A stretch of DNA of 63,413 nucleotides, the filler included, from Octopus bimaculoides (lineage: Eukaryota), in assembly GCF_001194135.2 (NCBI RefSeq). It is 5 parts of 5 records of this genome, joined end to end, with 100 filler letters (N's around TTAATTAATTAA, not from the genome) between each part and the next. Parts side by side here need not be neighbours in the genome. Positions count along the whole stretch, not along the records: positions 1 to 14,501 come from NC_069002.1; 4 more parts are not named here. The stretch is one strand, 5' to 3'. Of the stretch, positions 1 to 14,259 are shown piece after piece (positions within the stretch are counted from its first letter, which is position 1; each line of letters begins with the position of its first letter). Position numbers and translations under genes: made by a program. The notes beneath the pieces are model-generated. The model was not told the origin of the DNA. It saw only the letters and a program-made list of their open reading frames with translations, and made no database searches.

Positions 1-1684
1 TTAACGGAAACCCCCAAAAAATCAATATATCCGCACTTTAAAAGACAATTAAATACATTTGTTTTCAATCAATTTACAAGGTGTCTATATAGAATAATGA
101 CCTTCATGGAACTTTTACATCACACCTTTTTAAATGATGATAAAACATTTAATACTACTTTCTGTTATACATGTCTTTCAAGTGAAATGTGAGACTGTGT
201 ATTAAAACTAAATAAACATCATTTAATAAGACACAAAACTGTGACCTTTTTATCGTCGAATCAGGAAATAAATAGAAGTTTGTATTGAATTTAACATCTT
301 TGTTTGTTATTAAGGGTCCAACACGTGGTACACGAGCCAGATTTTTTGGGTTACGGATGAAATTATATGTGAAAGAATATAATTGATTTTTGCAGTCTCA
401 AATACGCCATGCGAATCGCGTTTACTTCATACCGGTCCTTCATCTAGGAGTTTTACACGTATACCTAATTTTGTTGCTGATGATTTGAGAGAACAACACT
501 GAATGTTGTAGACAAAGCAACATCATTGTATTATATTTATCTTTCTTATTGCCGGGAATAACATAGAGACGCCAAAATATACCATAGTTAATTTAAAATT
601 CCGCGTAACAACGCCAATGAATTTCGCAGCGATGTCCTCCTTTTTCTCGTCCTTTTTGTGTTTTTGTTTAGTTGTTTTCAAAGAATGTTATGAGCGAACG
701 ATTGACGGAAAACCTATCATTTAATCGAATTATTATTTGCATTAATCTGCCGTATATAGAGTCTTCCTCAAAGACCTGTATTTTTATACTTATTCTTAGT
801 CAAGAATGAATTAATTATAAACGGTGACTGAAACCATTATTTATATTGTAGTTACATTGCGGTTACCATTATTTCCATTGTTGATACATCGCGGTTATAT
901 TTATTATCAGACATTACAATCACCATTTTGAGACAGAAGAGAGAAGTACAAACGGGCAAGAAGGAGAATCGACAATGTCGTGTGCGACTTTACTTTGAAA
1001 ATGTTAATATTTAAAGTCTTTCGAATTTCTTATTGTTTCCTTAAGTTTTCCGAGAAGTGATTTACTCTGCATAACATTTTTGTCTTAATATATCAATATA
1101 GCTAAGAGGGATAAGAAGCTTTGCGGTTGATGATTGTCCAGAAATCATTAACTTTGACATTACAAAATTTACCATACATCACATCTCATTATTTCAGTAC
1201 CTTTTACTTTGTTCTTCTTATCTGCTTAATTATCAACCATTATTAGCATCCTTCACTTCTACAAATAAAATTCATCACTTCCGCCATTGCCAGTAATGAT
1301 GTTCCAGTGTGTCATCTTGCATATTACGGTGCCAACAATTGCTAATCACTTCATCAGTAATCATAAACAAAATATAGGTTGTACTGGCAGATATTGACTT
1401 TTGTGTGACGACAGAGTTGGCAAGTGATTCGCGTTTTCGTACTACTATATTATTGATAATTTAACTTTGATTTCTATGTAAGCTTAATCAGAAATTGTTC
1501 AAAATGATGCTTCTCATGTGAAAATGAGTTTCCACCCCACCCCAGACTAGCAGGGAGATCCCGTAGAGTGAGCAAATATTCACAAATATTAAGAATGGTT
1601 AAATATCCCAGTCATTTTAATCTACCATCAAGCATACGTTTATAAGAAAGTAAAAGAAGTATATAGAATCTACCAATTAAAGAA

Positions 1685-1843
1685 AGGCCAGCATTTTCCA
1701 GGCGGGAGCGGGTATCGATTTCATCGATCCCAGCGCTCAGAACGATGAAATGCAATGTCGACCTCGGCGGAATTTGATCTCAGAACGCAAAGACAGACGA
1801 AATGCCGCTAAGTATTTTGTCCAGAGTACGAACGCGCCGCCTT
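1685..1843 (+). mobile_element. Dispersed SINE-like repeat family 3 (GTCGACCTCGGCGGAATTTG core)
   Basis: Shares ACCTCGGCG-G/A-AAT...AGAAC...AAGAC.GA..AAATGC...AGTATTTTGTCC...CGCC with 40497-40698 and 51888-52071. Confidence 0.75.
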
Positions 1844-3136
1844 AGCAGGAACATATACTGCGAATATATCTAATCAAAAATTAATTTCCTTAACCAAGAC
1901 TCAAGATACTTGGACCCCAATGTTTGTAGTCCGTTCACCAATTTTGTCTTAACACTTTAACATTTATATATAGACATGAGATGATAAAAACAATCATTTC
2001 AAATGGTTCTGGCTAATAAACGTACAATTGCTAATACATTCATGTATTATTTCAGTGTAAATTGTTTGCTATTTCGGTTATGAAGCATGCACAACCAAAT
2101 ATCACGGGATATTGATGTTCGCATACTTCTTCCTTGTATCAAGTGAGAAACACTCCTTTCCAAGAGTCTAATCCTGTTAATCTCCAGGATATTTTGTGAC
2201 CAGAAGTTGAACACAAGCAAATAAATCAATTTATAATTCTATGGAGTTTTGTTGTTAAAACCAGTAATCTGTTACACTTTTGTGTTTTGATCTTGGACAC
2301 AAACCAATATTAGTACCTTCCAATCTGGAACCGTTATTGTAGGAGTTTGTTCCTCTTTCCGTTCGGTGCCGTCTGATTTTTCTAGTGAGTAGTTTCATGT
2401 TATATCTATTTCCTAACTTCGTTAATCTGAAATAGGTGTATGATATTTGACTTGCCTAAAGACCTCATGCAGTTATTATATGTCTTCTAGAGACTCACAA
2501 GATTCATAAAGCAAAAGATTCATTGTATAACCCAGATCAATTGCATTAAGTAGATACATAATAAAACTATTTATTGCAGCTAAACTTAACGTTCACACCA
2601 GTTCCGATACATATTGAGAGCTACTTGGTGAAATAAGAATGAATTTCTATGTTCAACTAACAGCTACAGGAAATGGCGACTATAGTTTTGAAAACACTCT
2701 CCTCTATGATTTGCATTGGATAATGAATATCTTCATTCATTCGCTGATTTCGACTCTACAGAATAAAACCTTATCACTGAATCTCGAATTAAATTAAACT
2801 ATACATTTATATGCTAGAATTTATCTCGCGGAAAGGATTCCATCTCAATTATATGAAAGAGTGCTGCACTACAATTACACTGAGTTAGCTAGAAACGGTT
2901 GCTTTTTGTGTTCACAATATTCTGCTGTGTGACTATTCTAGTGTAAACAGATAGACTCAGAGCAATACAATGGCAGGACCTATTAACGATTGCCATATCG
3001 ATTATTACATACACATCTGCTTTCGATACGTGATTATTTCTTTTCTTTTCTATTTTATGTATATCCTATTATTTGCGAGTCTGGAAAGCCACCCATAGCT
3101 TCTCTGTACGAAATACTAAATACTGATAACTACTTC

Positions 3137-3153
3137 AATAATAATAATAATAA

Positions 3154-3233
<80 letters not shown>

Positions 3234-3260
3234 ATAATAATAATAATAATACTAATAATA
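3137..3260. repeat. (AAT)n(AGT)n(AAT)n microsatellite
   Basis: Read directly from the sequence. Confidence 0.95.
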
Positions 3261-3638
3261 CTTTCTAGTNNNNNNNNNNNNNNNNNNNNNNNNNNNNNNN
3301 NNNNNNNNNNNNNNNNNNNNNNNNNNNNNNNNNNNNNNNNNNNNNNNNNNNNNNNNNNNNNNNNNNNNNNNNNNNNNNNNNNNNNNNNNNNNNNNNNNNN
3401 NNNNNNNNNNNNNNNNNNNNNNNNNNNNNNNNNNNNNNNNNNNNNNNNNNNNNNNNNNNNNNNNNNNNNNNNNNNNNNNNNNNNNNNNNNNNNNNNNNNN
3501 NNNNNNNNNNNNNNNNNNNNNNNNNNNNNNNNNNNNNNNNNNNNNNNNNNNNNNNNNATGCATACCACTTCAATATACACATATACAGATTTACATACAT
3601 GTACACATAAAATCACACACACGCGTATACATACATAC

Positions 3639-3682
<44 letters not shown>

Positions 3683-4069
3683 CTGTAAATGTGTGCGTGT
3701 GTGTACGCGTGTGTGTACGCGTGTGTGTACGCGAGTGTGTACGCGTGTGTGTATGTGTGTTTGCTTGCATGTGTGTATGAATTTATGTATGTGTATTGTT
3801 CCAAAATGAATGACTGTAATATTTAGATTGTACTCTGTCTGACATTTTAATATATAAATCCGGAATCATTAGAAATCTGCAGAACACAAAACTTAAAAGC
3901 GTAGCATTTTCCTCTTGTGATGTCTACGGAGACTTCTGTTCGACTTATAGATTCTAATTTCTATTAGTATAAACACGCATACGAGTACACACACACATAC
4001 ATCCACCAACACACACCCATGAGTATATATAAGTATAAAGAAGCACAGGCACATACATGCATATATATA

Positions 4070-4100
<31 letters not shown>

Positions 4101-4105
4101 CAACA

Positions 4106-4197
<92 letters not shown>

Positions 4198-6203
4198 TTA
4201 TATATATTCGCAGACATACACTACACCAGATAAGCTGCTTTGTTAGCATTTATAGATATAAAGAATTATATCGCTAACAAATAATTAGAACAGCTGAGAT
4301 GTTATCTTGATTGAAATATTATTTCAGCATATGAATGAAACCAAAGAAAAAACATCATATATATAGAAAAGAGCATAAAAATCTAATAAGATTATTAAAA
4401 TGAAATCTGATACGATATATGAAAATTAAACTGTGGAAGAGATCTCTTAATACTCATTTCACTTTTATTTATTGACTGGCATTCCAACTCCTAGAATTAC
4501 CAGCCACATTCACCAGACCACACGGTACCATTTTAAAAGACAAATACCTCATCTGTCATGTCGATTTAAGGACTTAAAAAAGATGTGTTGGGAATGGCTA
4601 TTTAGAATGACTTCGACCAAGATCCAGTGTCTATGAAGGCTGACCTGGAGTTAAATAACAGCAACAATTACACATATGAGACGACAAGGGCTGCAGGAAC
4701 TACTAAAACCATCAGTCATCTATCATTTGAATTTTAAAATTAAAACAAAGATATATAAGATAAAGTAGTTCTTTTTTCATAGAAATCAAAGTGATGGTCA
4801 TGGTTGGTGGGCATTTAATAACAATCGTGCCTCATCAGATGTGATCTTCAGTTGAACTACAACAAAATTACCAACAACCACAAAATGTCATTGGCCTCTA
4901 AGAGATTTTAGATAATCACAAAACGTTATATCGCACTTAGCAAACATATTTACGTAATAAAGCAATGTTATCGAAATCCAAATCCTCCAAATCCTCCATT
5001 ATCCACTTATCTACAAATACAAGAGTCCTTATCTTTTACTTCTGCGAGTGTAAAGAGTCCTTATTTCTTAATTCTACGAGCCTAAAGAGATTTTTGAGCA
5101 TTCATAACATATTGTTGATATCGTCCACTTAATTCAAAATAGAAATTGTAAATAGGCGTCATTTCAGTATTTAGACATGCAAAGCAAATTGTTACACATG
5201 TGCATCATAACATAAGTCCTTGCGTACTTGCAGTTTAACATACATACATACACACAAACAAACACACACACACATGGCATGTTGTCGTAAAGTTTAGAAT
5301 TAAAGTAACTTAGAAGACGGAAGTTGTCAAGAAAGTAAGAACCGGTCCATTAGTTCTTATCTTGAAGTATTTCCTATTGACATCTATAAAGAAGGAAAGC
5401 TTGACTACACAAATTGTATCTGAGAAAAATCTGAAAGGGGTAAGATGTGCTTCCCAATACAGTCAGTGTATTAAACAAAAGCAGCTACTTAAAATTGAAA
5501 TCACAATTTCTATCTACTTATTAGACATGATGCCATACACCGAAGACATTCAGGGTCTGGTGTACCTGCTCATATTTATATACTAAATATATAAATATAA
5601 GCAGCTGCAGGAATGAGGTGGGGAGCATTCTCACTCATTATGTTAAATAATCTTGGTCGAAGGTTTCTTTCAAAATTCCTGTAAAATGTATTACGTACCT
5701 AAGTTAACAGTTCTAGTGATAGAAAAGAAAGTGGACAGAACAGCTCGAGTGATTTCCCTCGGAGAGATTAACATAAGTTTAAAATAAGAAAGAAAACATC
5801 TATACAGAACAAGTGAAACATCTGCAGATATTCCACTCACATTATATATAGGGTATATACTTGTAATTACTAGATGAATAAGGGGACATGTCTAATGAAG
5901 GAACTGTTTCTACGAGTCAATACACGATCTGTGAAAATATTTAAACTAGTTCAGAAATTTAGTCTCTAATAAAAAAATAACGCATACAGTTGTTTACGCA
6001 GAGATAATTAAGTCAAAATTGTCACATTGACGAGGACAACTATGTTTGTACATATACACTAGTGTAACTGCATAAACAAAGAGGGTGTAGTGAATAAACT
6101 GTCGTCTAAAATATACAAAAATGAAAATAACACTGACATTTCATTTTAACAGATATATTTACCAAAATTACATAAAAATATCTTGAATTACTAAAGTGTA
6201 CAT

Positions 6204-6416
6204 TTAATCAATAAAATGGCCATTGGCTTCAACTACGGCTTCCAGACGACTTCGGAATCTCTTGCAACTGTTCTGGTGAGTCTCCTTGTTAAAGTTGATG
6301 AATGCTTCCATAATCCTGGCTTTCAGTTCATCTTTGGTGTTACAAGGAGTTTTCTTGGTCTCTCACTCAGCTGCGCCCCACACATAATAATCAAGGGGTT
6401 TGCGTGTGGGGAGTTA
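6204..6416 (-). mobile_element. Tc1/mariner (maT-like) transposase C-terminal fragment, cut by a gap
   Basis: Minus strand NSP..(1-nt deletion)..LDYYVWGAAE*ETKKTPCNTKDELKARIM...CKRFRSRLEAVVEANGHFID*. Confidence 0.85.
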
Positions 6417-7532
6417 NNNNNNNNNNNNNNNNNNNNNNNNNNNNNNNNNNNNNNNNNNNNNNNNNNNNNNNNNNNNNNNNNNNNNNNNNNNNNNNNNNNN
6501 NNNNNNNNNNNNNNNNNNNNNNNNNNNNNNNNNNNNNNNNNNNNNNNNNNNNNNNNNNNNNNNNNNNNNNNNNNNNNNNNNNNNNNNNNNNNNNNNNNNN
6601 NNNNNNNNNNNNNNNNNNNNNNNNNNNNNNNNNNNNNNNNNNNNNNNNNNNNNNNNNNNNNNNNNNNNNNNNNNNNNNNNNNNNNNNNNNNNNNNNNNNN
6701 NNNNNNNNNNNNNNNNNNNNNNNNNNNNNNNNNNNNNNNNNNNNNNNNNNNNNNNNNNNNNNNNNNNNNNNNNNNNNNNNNNNNNNNNNNNNNNNNNNNN
6801 NNNNNNNNNNNNNNNNNNNNNNNNNNNNNNNNNNNNNNNNNNNNNNNNNNNNNNNNNNNNNNNNNNNNNNNNNNNNNNNNNNNNNNNNNNNNNNNNNNNN
6901 NNNNNNNNNNNNNNNNNNNNNNNNNNNNNNNNNNNNNNNNNNNNNNNNNNNNNNNNATATATATATATATACGATTATCTTTAACAAGTCTGCGTACACT
7001 CAGATATGAAGAAAAATATCACTATAGATACAGCGTTGCCAGAGATTTTCTCCTCAGAGAGAGGAGCTGCTTAACAACACAACGCTGTGGTTATAATAAT
7101 GACGTAATCGCGAGTGTAGAACTCGTGTTTTTGTGTCGTTACACTTCATCTGTTACGGACAACGAACTCTTCATTGTTTTGCAATTAACATTTACACTTT
7201 GACCCTCAACATCATATCAAATATTGGTTCATATTTAATAAACAAACCTTGAGTATCACCGGAACCACTAATATAGTCATTCTTTTAGTAATATATAACG
7301 TCTCCTTACTCCTTCTTCTTCATATCTCCTCATTTTCTTTTCAACTTCTAATCACATCCACTCCTAATACAGAGATCTTATATTTGCAGTTAGATTCGTC
7401 TTTGACTTTTCTCCAATAACCCACCTCTCTCTTTGTCTAATATCGCACTACTAAGACTGCACAACCTTCCTTTATATTTATACTATTTCTCTTTTTCTCC
7501 TCCCCATTCCCTCTTTAACCCACCTCTCACTC

Positions 7533-7533
<1 letters not shown>

Positions 7534-7573
<40 letters not shown>

Positions 7574-7583
7574 NNNNNNNNNN

Positions 7584-7624
<41 letters not shown>
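7534..7624. repeat. (CT)n microsatellite
   Basis: Read directly; interrupted by a 10-N gap. Confidence 0.95.
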
Positions 7625-7626
<2 letters not shown>

Positions 7627-8314
7627 TATTTCTCTCTTTTTATCCTCTATATTTTTTACACCTCTGATTCGCAATTCCCGATAGGCAACCAGCTTTACCA
7701 AAGCTAATCTTATTGATTTTCGACAACCAATCAAATTAGGTATTTAGTTTGAAATATTCTGTAGCTTCCCAAGGGTAACCAAATTATATGTATATAAATG
7801 TACGTTCTCGGTTAAATCAGTTTGACTGACGAACCAAAAGAGGAAACGCAGATACGCGTCACTGACGTTCCAGCTTCTAATGAATTTTAAATGCTGTTAT
7901 ACGAATCTATGTTTCGTATAAATGTGTTGTTGTTCCTTGTAGAGTACGAATTCACGTGTTGCTGGTATGTGCGCGTGAGTGTATGCGATTGTGTGTTTAT
8001 TCTGTGCGTGCAGCATATATGCATGCTTATATAAATGTGTGTATACGTTTGTGTTTGTGCCTCCATGTGTGTTTGCGTGTGTATTTATGTTTCTGCTTGC
8101 GCTTGCATGTGGATGAGAAACGAACAATAGGTTGACAGGATTTCAGACAAAATGCATTTCTGGTTTCAGTTGCGGATTTTTATATACGAATCCTGAAGCG
8201 ATGTCACCCTTACCGTTTGGTTCACGCCCATATTGCTTATGTATTGTGACGTATGTTTGCCATTTATTATGGCAGAGAAAGATCAACTTATGTGTGTGTA
8301 TGTGAGTGTGTATG

Positions 8315-8337
8315 GACAGACAGACAGACAGACAGAC

Positions 8338-8385
<48 letters not shown>
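8315..8385. repeat. (GACA)n(GATA)n microsatellite
   Basis: Read directly from the sequence. Confidence 0.95.
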
Positions 8386-9313
8386 TTTTTTGATTGACAG
8401 TGGGGTGCATACATATATTCATTCATACATAAAGATAGAGTGGGGGAGATTATTTCTGCGCATCAATTTCCTACCACTTTTATAAGACAAAACGTTTTGT
8501 AGAATATCAAGAATTGGCGTTTGGCCACAGATTCCATATTCGCTCCTGCCACGATTCTGCTCAACTTCATTCTTTAAACGTCTATTAAACATGCTATTAC
8601 TTTCCATACGTAATCACATATACCTACACAGCCATGTATGTGTGTGTGTGTGTGTGTGCTTCAGTGTGTATGTATGCGTGTGTATGTATGCGTGTGTCTA
8701 TAAATGTCTGTGTGTATGTATGTGCATATCTACAAATAGCAGTATATGGGTACTTTCATATAAGTCTATATGAATTAGCCGTTTGCAATACGTCAATCGT
8801 CTCGGCCTTAATTATATCGATTATGATGAATTTGATGCGCAGTGGTAATTTGGTTAGTGTATCTGTTTCGAATTGACTGCCGCCACTCTCAAAATAAATA
8901 TTTAGTCAACGTCAGAGAGACATTAATGACCAAATATTATTGTTATATACAACCGATGGCAAATCGATCATTCGCTTCTAATTGTTACCAGGGTAACCTT
9001 GTTACAGTTCATTACTTTAATTTCTTTAGTTTAACAAAAAATTATTAGATAGTATTTCTATCGAAATGCCAAACCAATGTTGTAGACACGATGGCTGTGT
9101 GTGTGCGTGCGTGGGTGTGTGCGTGTGCAGGCGCATGTGTGCTAACGTTATTAGTAACAATCAGTGGAAAGACTTTTCTATTCAGGTATAGAGGAATATT
9201 CTTTATTGTATATTTTTAAGTTATTTATGTTACCTCTAACTACAACATATTTTATCGTATAGGTAGAAAATTAACCAACCGATTACTCGTTCTCTCAAAT
9301 TAGCATTATGTTT

Positions 9314-9349
<36 letters not shown>

Positions 9350-9778
9350 CTATATACATTATTCCATTGTTGGTCACGGACAATTTATATACGTAAAGCT
9401 GTATATATATATAAAAGTATTAAAAGTATTACTATGCTACTTCGTAATAATATAAATATTATTATTGTGTGTGTATGTGTGTGTGTGTGTGTGTGTATGT
9501 TGTGTGTGTGTTTGTGTGTGTGTATGTGTATGTGTGTGTGTGCGCGCGTGTAAATATATATATATTTACACTCGCCCAAATGTAAGCTGGTCAATAGGGC
9601 CAATTTGCACTGTGCTCTAGTCTGTGAGAAATTTTAAGTATTAAATTTTCTCTTTACTCACCAGAAGAAAGCGGTTTTTTCCATGATTTAATGTTTTTAT
9701 TACTGATATAATGCTTTCCATGATATAATGCTTTTATAAACATGTCTGAAATAGATGTAGTGAACTATCTGTATGGTT

Positions 9779-9843
9779 GTTATTATTATTATTATTATCA
9801 TTATTATTATTATTATTATCATTATTATTATTATTATTATTAT

Positions 9844-9893
<50 letters not shown>
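9779..9893. repeat. (TTA)n(GTA)n tract at the 3' end of R4 copy A1
   Basis: Read directly from the sequence. Confidence 0.95.
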
Positions 9894-9896
9894 TGT

Positions 9897-10915
9897 ATTG
9901 TCTTTGCACAGCTTCTATGGCTGGAGATGTACTACGGTGTCAGTTGTTCTCTACCAGTGAACTCAGGTAATGCCCCTTATTTTTCGAGCACCATCCGGAG
10001 TATTCGAGCGGTTCCAAGCAATGCTCTTTTCTGCAAGTGCTCCACTTTTATTGCAGCTTCTATTTGTTCCATGTACTTCTCAAGAATTTTACCCACTGTT
10101 CCCAGGTTATTGGTATTACTACCACCTTTTTCATCGACCACAATCGCTTAACCTCTCAAGCTAACCTGTTATATCTATTGACATAACTTTCTTCCTTATC
10201 GCATACCTTGTTGTCAGCTGGGCATGCTATATCTATGATCCAGCATCGTTTGCTTCCTTTCTCAATTAACACTATGTATGGTTTCCTATTCACTATCTCA
10301 GAGTAGCACTGAATCATAAAATCCCATAGGATATTTGTACTATCATTTTCGATCATGCCTTCGGGTTTATGTTCGTACCACTTTGTTGCTCTGTCATGAC
10401 AATACCTGTTGCAAAGTATCCAATGGAAAATCCTTGCTATGCTATCATGACGTCTCTTATATTCTTTCTGGGCTAGTGATAATATGCCATATGGCTTTAC
10501 CATTTTGTTCACAAATTCTGCACTTATCACTTTCTGCTGTTTTATCTATTCTGTATTTGTTGTAATTGGTTCTTAATGTTTGCTCTTAAGAGCCTCAGTC
10601 TCCGGTTTTAAATCACTGTTAATCATCCATAGCCATCTTTATTTTCTATCTGTCTTATCTTCAACATCCCTATGAAATTGTCCACGCATTCTTTTCTTTA
10701 TCCACCTATTTTCAGTTTCATTCATTCTCAAGTACTTGTAGAGTGCTTTATCTTTACAATCTCTTGTCCTACAGAAGCCTGTTCTTAATTCCAATAATAG
10801 CGGTTCTGTGGGATTTTTTACATACCATGCTATGTGGTTTTCTTCAACTCTAATGCTGTGTTCGCATCCAATCAGTCTTTTTCCTCCTCTCTTTCTTGGT
10901 ACACATAGTCTCTCT
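9897..10915 (-). mobile_element. R4/Dong-clade non-LTR retrotransposon, 5'-truncated 3' fragment (copy A1), degenerate
   Basis: Minus-strand translation gives ERLCVPRKRGG...RHDSIARIFHWILC...WYEHKPEG...ILWDFMIQ...RKPYIVL...IIDIACPAD...LQKRALLGTARILRMVLEK*, i.e. post-RT region plus restriction-like endonuclease (PD mutated to PY). Frameshifted. 3'UTR ends AGAAGCTGTGCAAAGAC, then (TAC)n(TAA)n. Confidence 0.9.
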
Positions 10916-10941
10916 ATTATTATTATTATTATTATTATTAT

Positions 10942-10981
<40 letters not shown>

Positions 10982-11036
10982 TGTAGTAGTAGTAGTTGTA
11001 GTAGTAGTAGTAGTAGTAGTTGTAGTTGTAGTAGTA
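10916..11036. repeat. (TTA)n(GTA/GTT)n tract between R4 copies A1 and B
   Basis: Read directly from the sequence. Confidence 0.95.
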
Positions 11037-11037
11037 T

Positions 11038-12197
11038 ATGAAAACTCACGACTTATTTTGCTGGGTTTGAAAGAAAGTGTCAGCTGTCCACAGCCAACAG
11101 ACTAAGGTGACACATGTATTACTGTCCATGCTTAAAGAATCCTGCGAAGAATTCGTGCAGCTCTACGCAGTGCTGGTTTGTGTAGGTGTTCTACCTTCAC
11201 ACTTGCACCGATCTTTTTCAGCCTTGTTGGTAGTTGAGTGCTGATTCTTCCAAGTGCACCAATTACTATTTGTATCACGTCTACTCTCTTCATTGACCAT
11301 AATCTTCGTATAGCCTACTTTAAATCGTCATAGTGGCTTATTTTCTTCTTCTTCTTTTACATTGATACTGATGTTACTGGGGCATGTTATGTCGATTATC
11401 ATACATCTTATTTGTCTTTTATTCACCACAACAATGTCCGGCTTCCGATGTCTGGTCCGGTGATTGGACTGGATCATTGCACCCCCCACTGGATTTTGCA
11501 GTTCTCATCTGGGGTTTGCTCATTGGACATCTTTGCTCTCTGATTTCCACAGAGTACCCAATGGATTATTCTTGCCACACTGTCATGGCGTCTTTTGTAT
11601 TCACGTTGTGCCAATTTCGAGCATTCGCTAACGACGTGTCATACCGTTTCCCCATCTCACTATATATTCTGCATTTGTCGCTACCAGCAGTCCTATCTAT
11701 TCTGCACTTCATATAGTTGTTCCTTATCACTTGTTCCTGAGCTGCTCATATGAGTGCTTCTACCTCTATCTTCAGGTCACTCCTCCTCACTCATCCATAG
11801 CCACCGCTCCTCTGCATCCGCCTTGGCGTTCACATCTCTTGCAAACTGACCGTACATTTTCTTTTCCTTTCATGCTGTTTTTTTTTTTACTCTTTTTCAT
11901 TCTTGTCAAATTTTTTCTTTCATTACACAATTTTCAGTTTTGATGATGTCGGGCTTCTTCATGTGTTTTAACAATGACTCCACGGCATTTCCATATACCA
12001 TCCTAAACTGTTTTTCTCTGCTTTCACACAGTGCTGACAACTGATCACGCCTCTATCGCCCACGTATTAAATGCTTGGATTTTATTCTATCCTGTCAGTT
12101 TTGAGCGCAACACCAACCTCAGTTTTCGGAAATACGCCATCCTCAGTTGCTCTTTGAATTCCTTTTCCATTACCGCGTTAGACTGGTTGCTCTGTCA
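11038..12197 (-). mobile_element. R4/Dong-clade LINE fragment of a second subfamily (copy B), internally deleted
   Basis: Minus-strand fragments: AYFRKLRLVLRSKLTG*NKIQAFNTWA, RGVISCQHCVKAEKNSLGWY, RHDSVARIIHWVLC, HRKPDIVVVNKRQIRCMIIDI, VIGALG...ALRRAARILRRIL*. 3'UTR differs from copies A1/A2. Confidence 0.85.
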
Positions 12198-12207
12198 TTA
12201 CTACTAC

Positions 12208-12250
<43 letters not shown>

Positions 12251-12260
12251 TTTATTATTG
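12198..12260. repeat. (CTA)3(TTA)n tract at the 5' junction of R4 copy B
   Basis: Read directly from the sequence. Confidence 0.95.
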
Positions 12261-13078
12261 ATATATATATGTATGTATATGTGTATATATACATGATTTA
12301 TTACTATGTTATATGGTAATCAGAACAATTCTTCATGATATGCTCTCGTCTAATGTACCTGAAGAGTTCTATATAGTAAAGAGACCACATGAGCCGTTGG
12401 AAAACTAGAACCATCCTTGAAAGTGTTGCAGGTCGACAAAGGAAAGCTCAGTCTTAGATTTTTCACTTGAGGCTAAGTATGAATGACCAGGCTTAGTTTA
12501 ACCAGACGCGCGAAAACTCCAATCTCTTTTTTCTGACACCTCCAAGTGTCACCTCATTCAGGAAATCCTTCCTTTCGATGAAGCTCCTGAAGTTGTAAAG
12601 TGAAAGATACTCATATTTAATATGATATGCACTTTACTAACACTTCTCAAACGCTCGTGTAAAACAGAGTTGCAGTGCTTTATTCAAAATGAAACCATTG
12701 TTATACCCCTTGGTAGAACCAAAATATTTTACACGATTCGAAACTTTAAAATATATCCTACACAAAATACAAGAGTAAATACTCTGTCACAAATTACTCT
12801 CGACATGTGACATAACTGGTACACATATGACGTCAGCATGTATATAAATACACAATACTGGTGAATCACCAGAAGGCATTCATCGCTTCCACTTCTTCCA
12901 AGAACTAAATGCTAAAAATGTCTTATCTTCCTTGAGTACAATCTCCTCACCCCATTCTCGTTTATTTTTTTTCTTCCCCCAATAAACGAGAATAAGATTT
13001 ATTTAAGACCTTTTCTGTCTCTATATTTCATATTTTGAAAAGTCGGCGAAGCATCGATGTCACTCACGAGAAAGCCCC

Positions 13079-13080
13079 TG

Positions 13081-13176
<96 letters not shown>
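13079..13176. repeat. (TG)n microsatellite
   Basis: Read directly from the sequence. Confidence 0.95.
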
Positions 13177-13178
<2 letters not shown>

Positions 13179-13622
13179 CGCGTGTGTTCGTCCTCACAAT
13201 GTAACTGTTAGATCGGGATAAGTATTAAGCAAATGTCTCAACATTGAACACGACTGAATCCATTTAATTCTATGTAAACGCGATTGAGCAATATGATTTA
13301 TTGCGCGTGGCCTTTTAGAGAAATGTTGGCCGCACGTTCATTAAATCGGTTTGATTCTTGCATCGAACGGCGCACAGGTCCTCTGGGAAGTCTTCATAAT
13401 ACGTTGTTTCAGATTACTCAGCTAAAATGCGGGCTCTGAGAAAATTTGCTATATATGTATACGCATACATACATACATACATACATACACACATACATGC
13501 ATACATGCATACATACATACATATATGTGTGTGTGTGCGTGTCTATATATATATATATACATACACACACACATATATATACACACATATATATATGTTT
13601 GTACATATATGTGTGTGTTTGT

Positions 13623-13685
<63 letters not shown>

Positions 13686-14259
13686 TATGCAAACTGTATA
13701 TGTTTATGTATATTGGTATACATGTATCTGTACATCTGTGAGAGGTGTCCTAACGAGATTTCCACTCTATGAAAACACCCTATCCATCCCCTAGTCATTC
13801 ATATTCTATGAATTTTTCCCACTCTTCCTCTATCTCCACATTTAACAATAAGACTTGGTCTCAAAGAAACAGCACTCTAAGTAAAAATGAATATTTATCT
13901 CCAGTGACCCAAAATATTATATGTTATCCTAACCATACATAAATTCAGACGCGTAAGATATATTTAGCTCCATCGGTTTTCTCTGACAGCACACTTTAAC
14001 ACTTTCAAGTTTTTAGCCGCTGAAATTCGCGTTGTTATATCATCGTTCTTATGTTATTTGTGCATGTAAGTGAGAAATTCTGTAGAAATTAGCATCCTCT
14101 CTGACGGCGTATATAAGCGTGTTATATAGATGATTCGGTGCGAATGTGAGTATATATATATATGTGCATATTGTTAGATACGTGTGGATGCGGATATATG
14201 TGCATGGATGTAGGTATGTAAAATTACATATATTTGAAGGTTTGGAGGTGATGTACAGA

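Noticed and set aside
8419-8607. Faint resemblance to a mariner C-terminus
   Set aside because: No frame gave convincing motifs, unlike 15358-15640.
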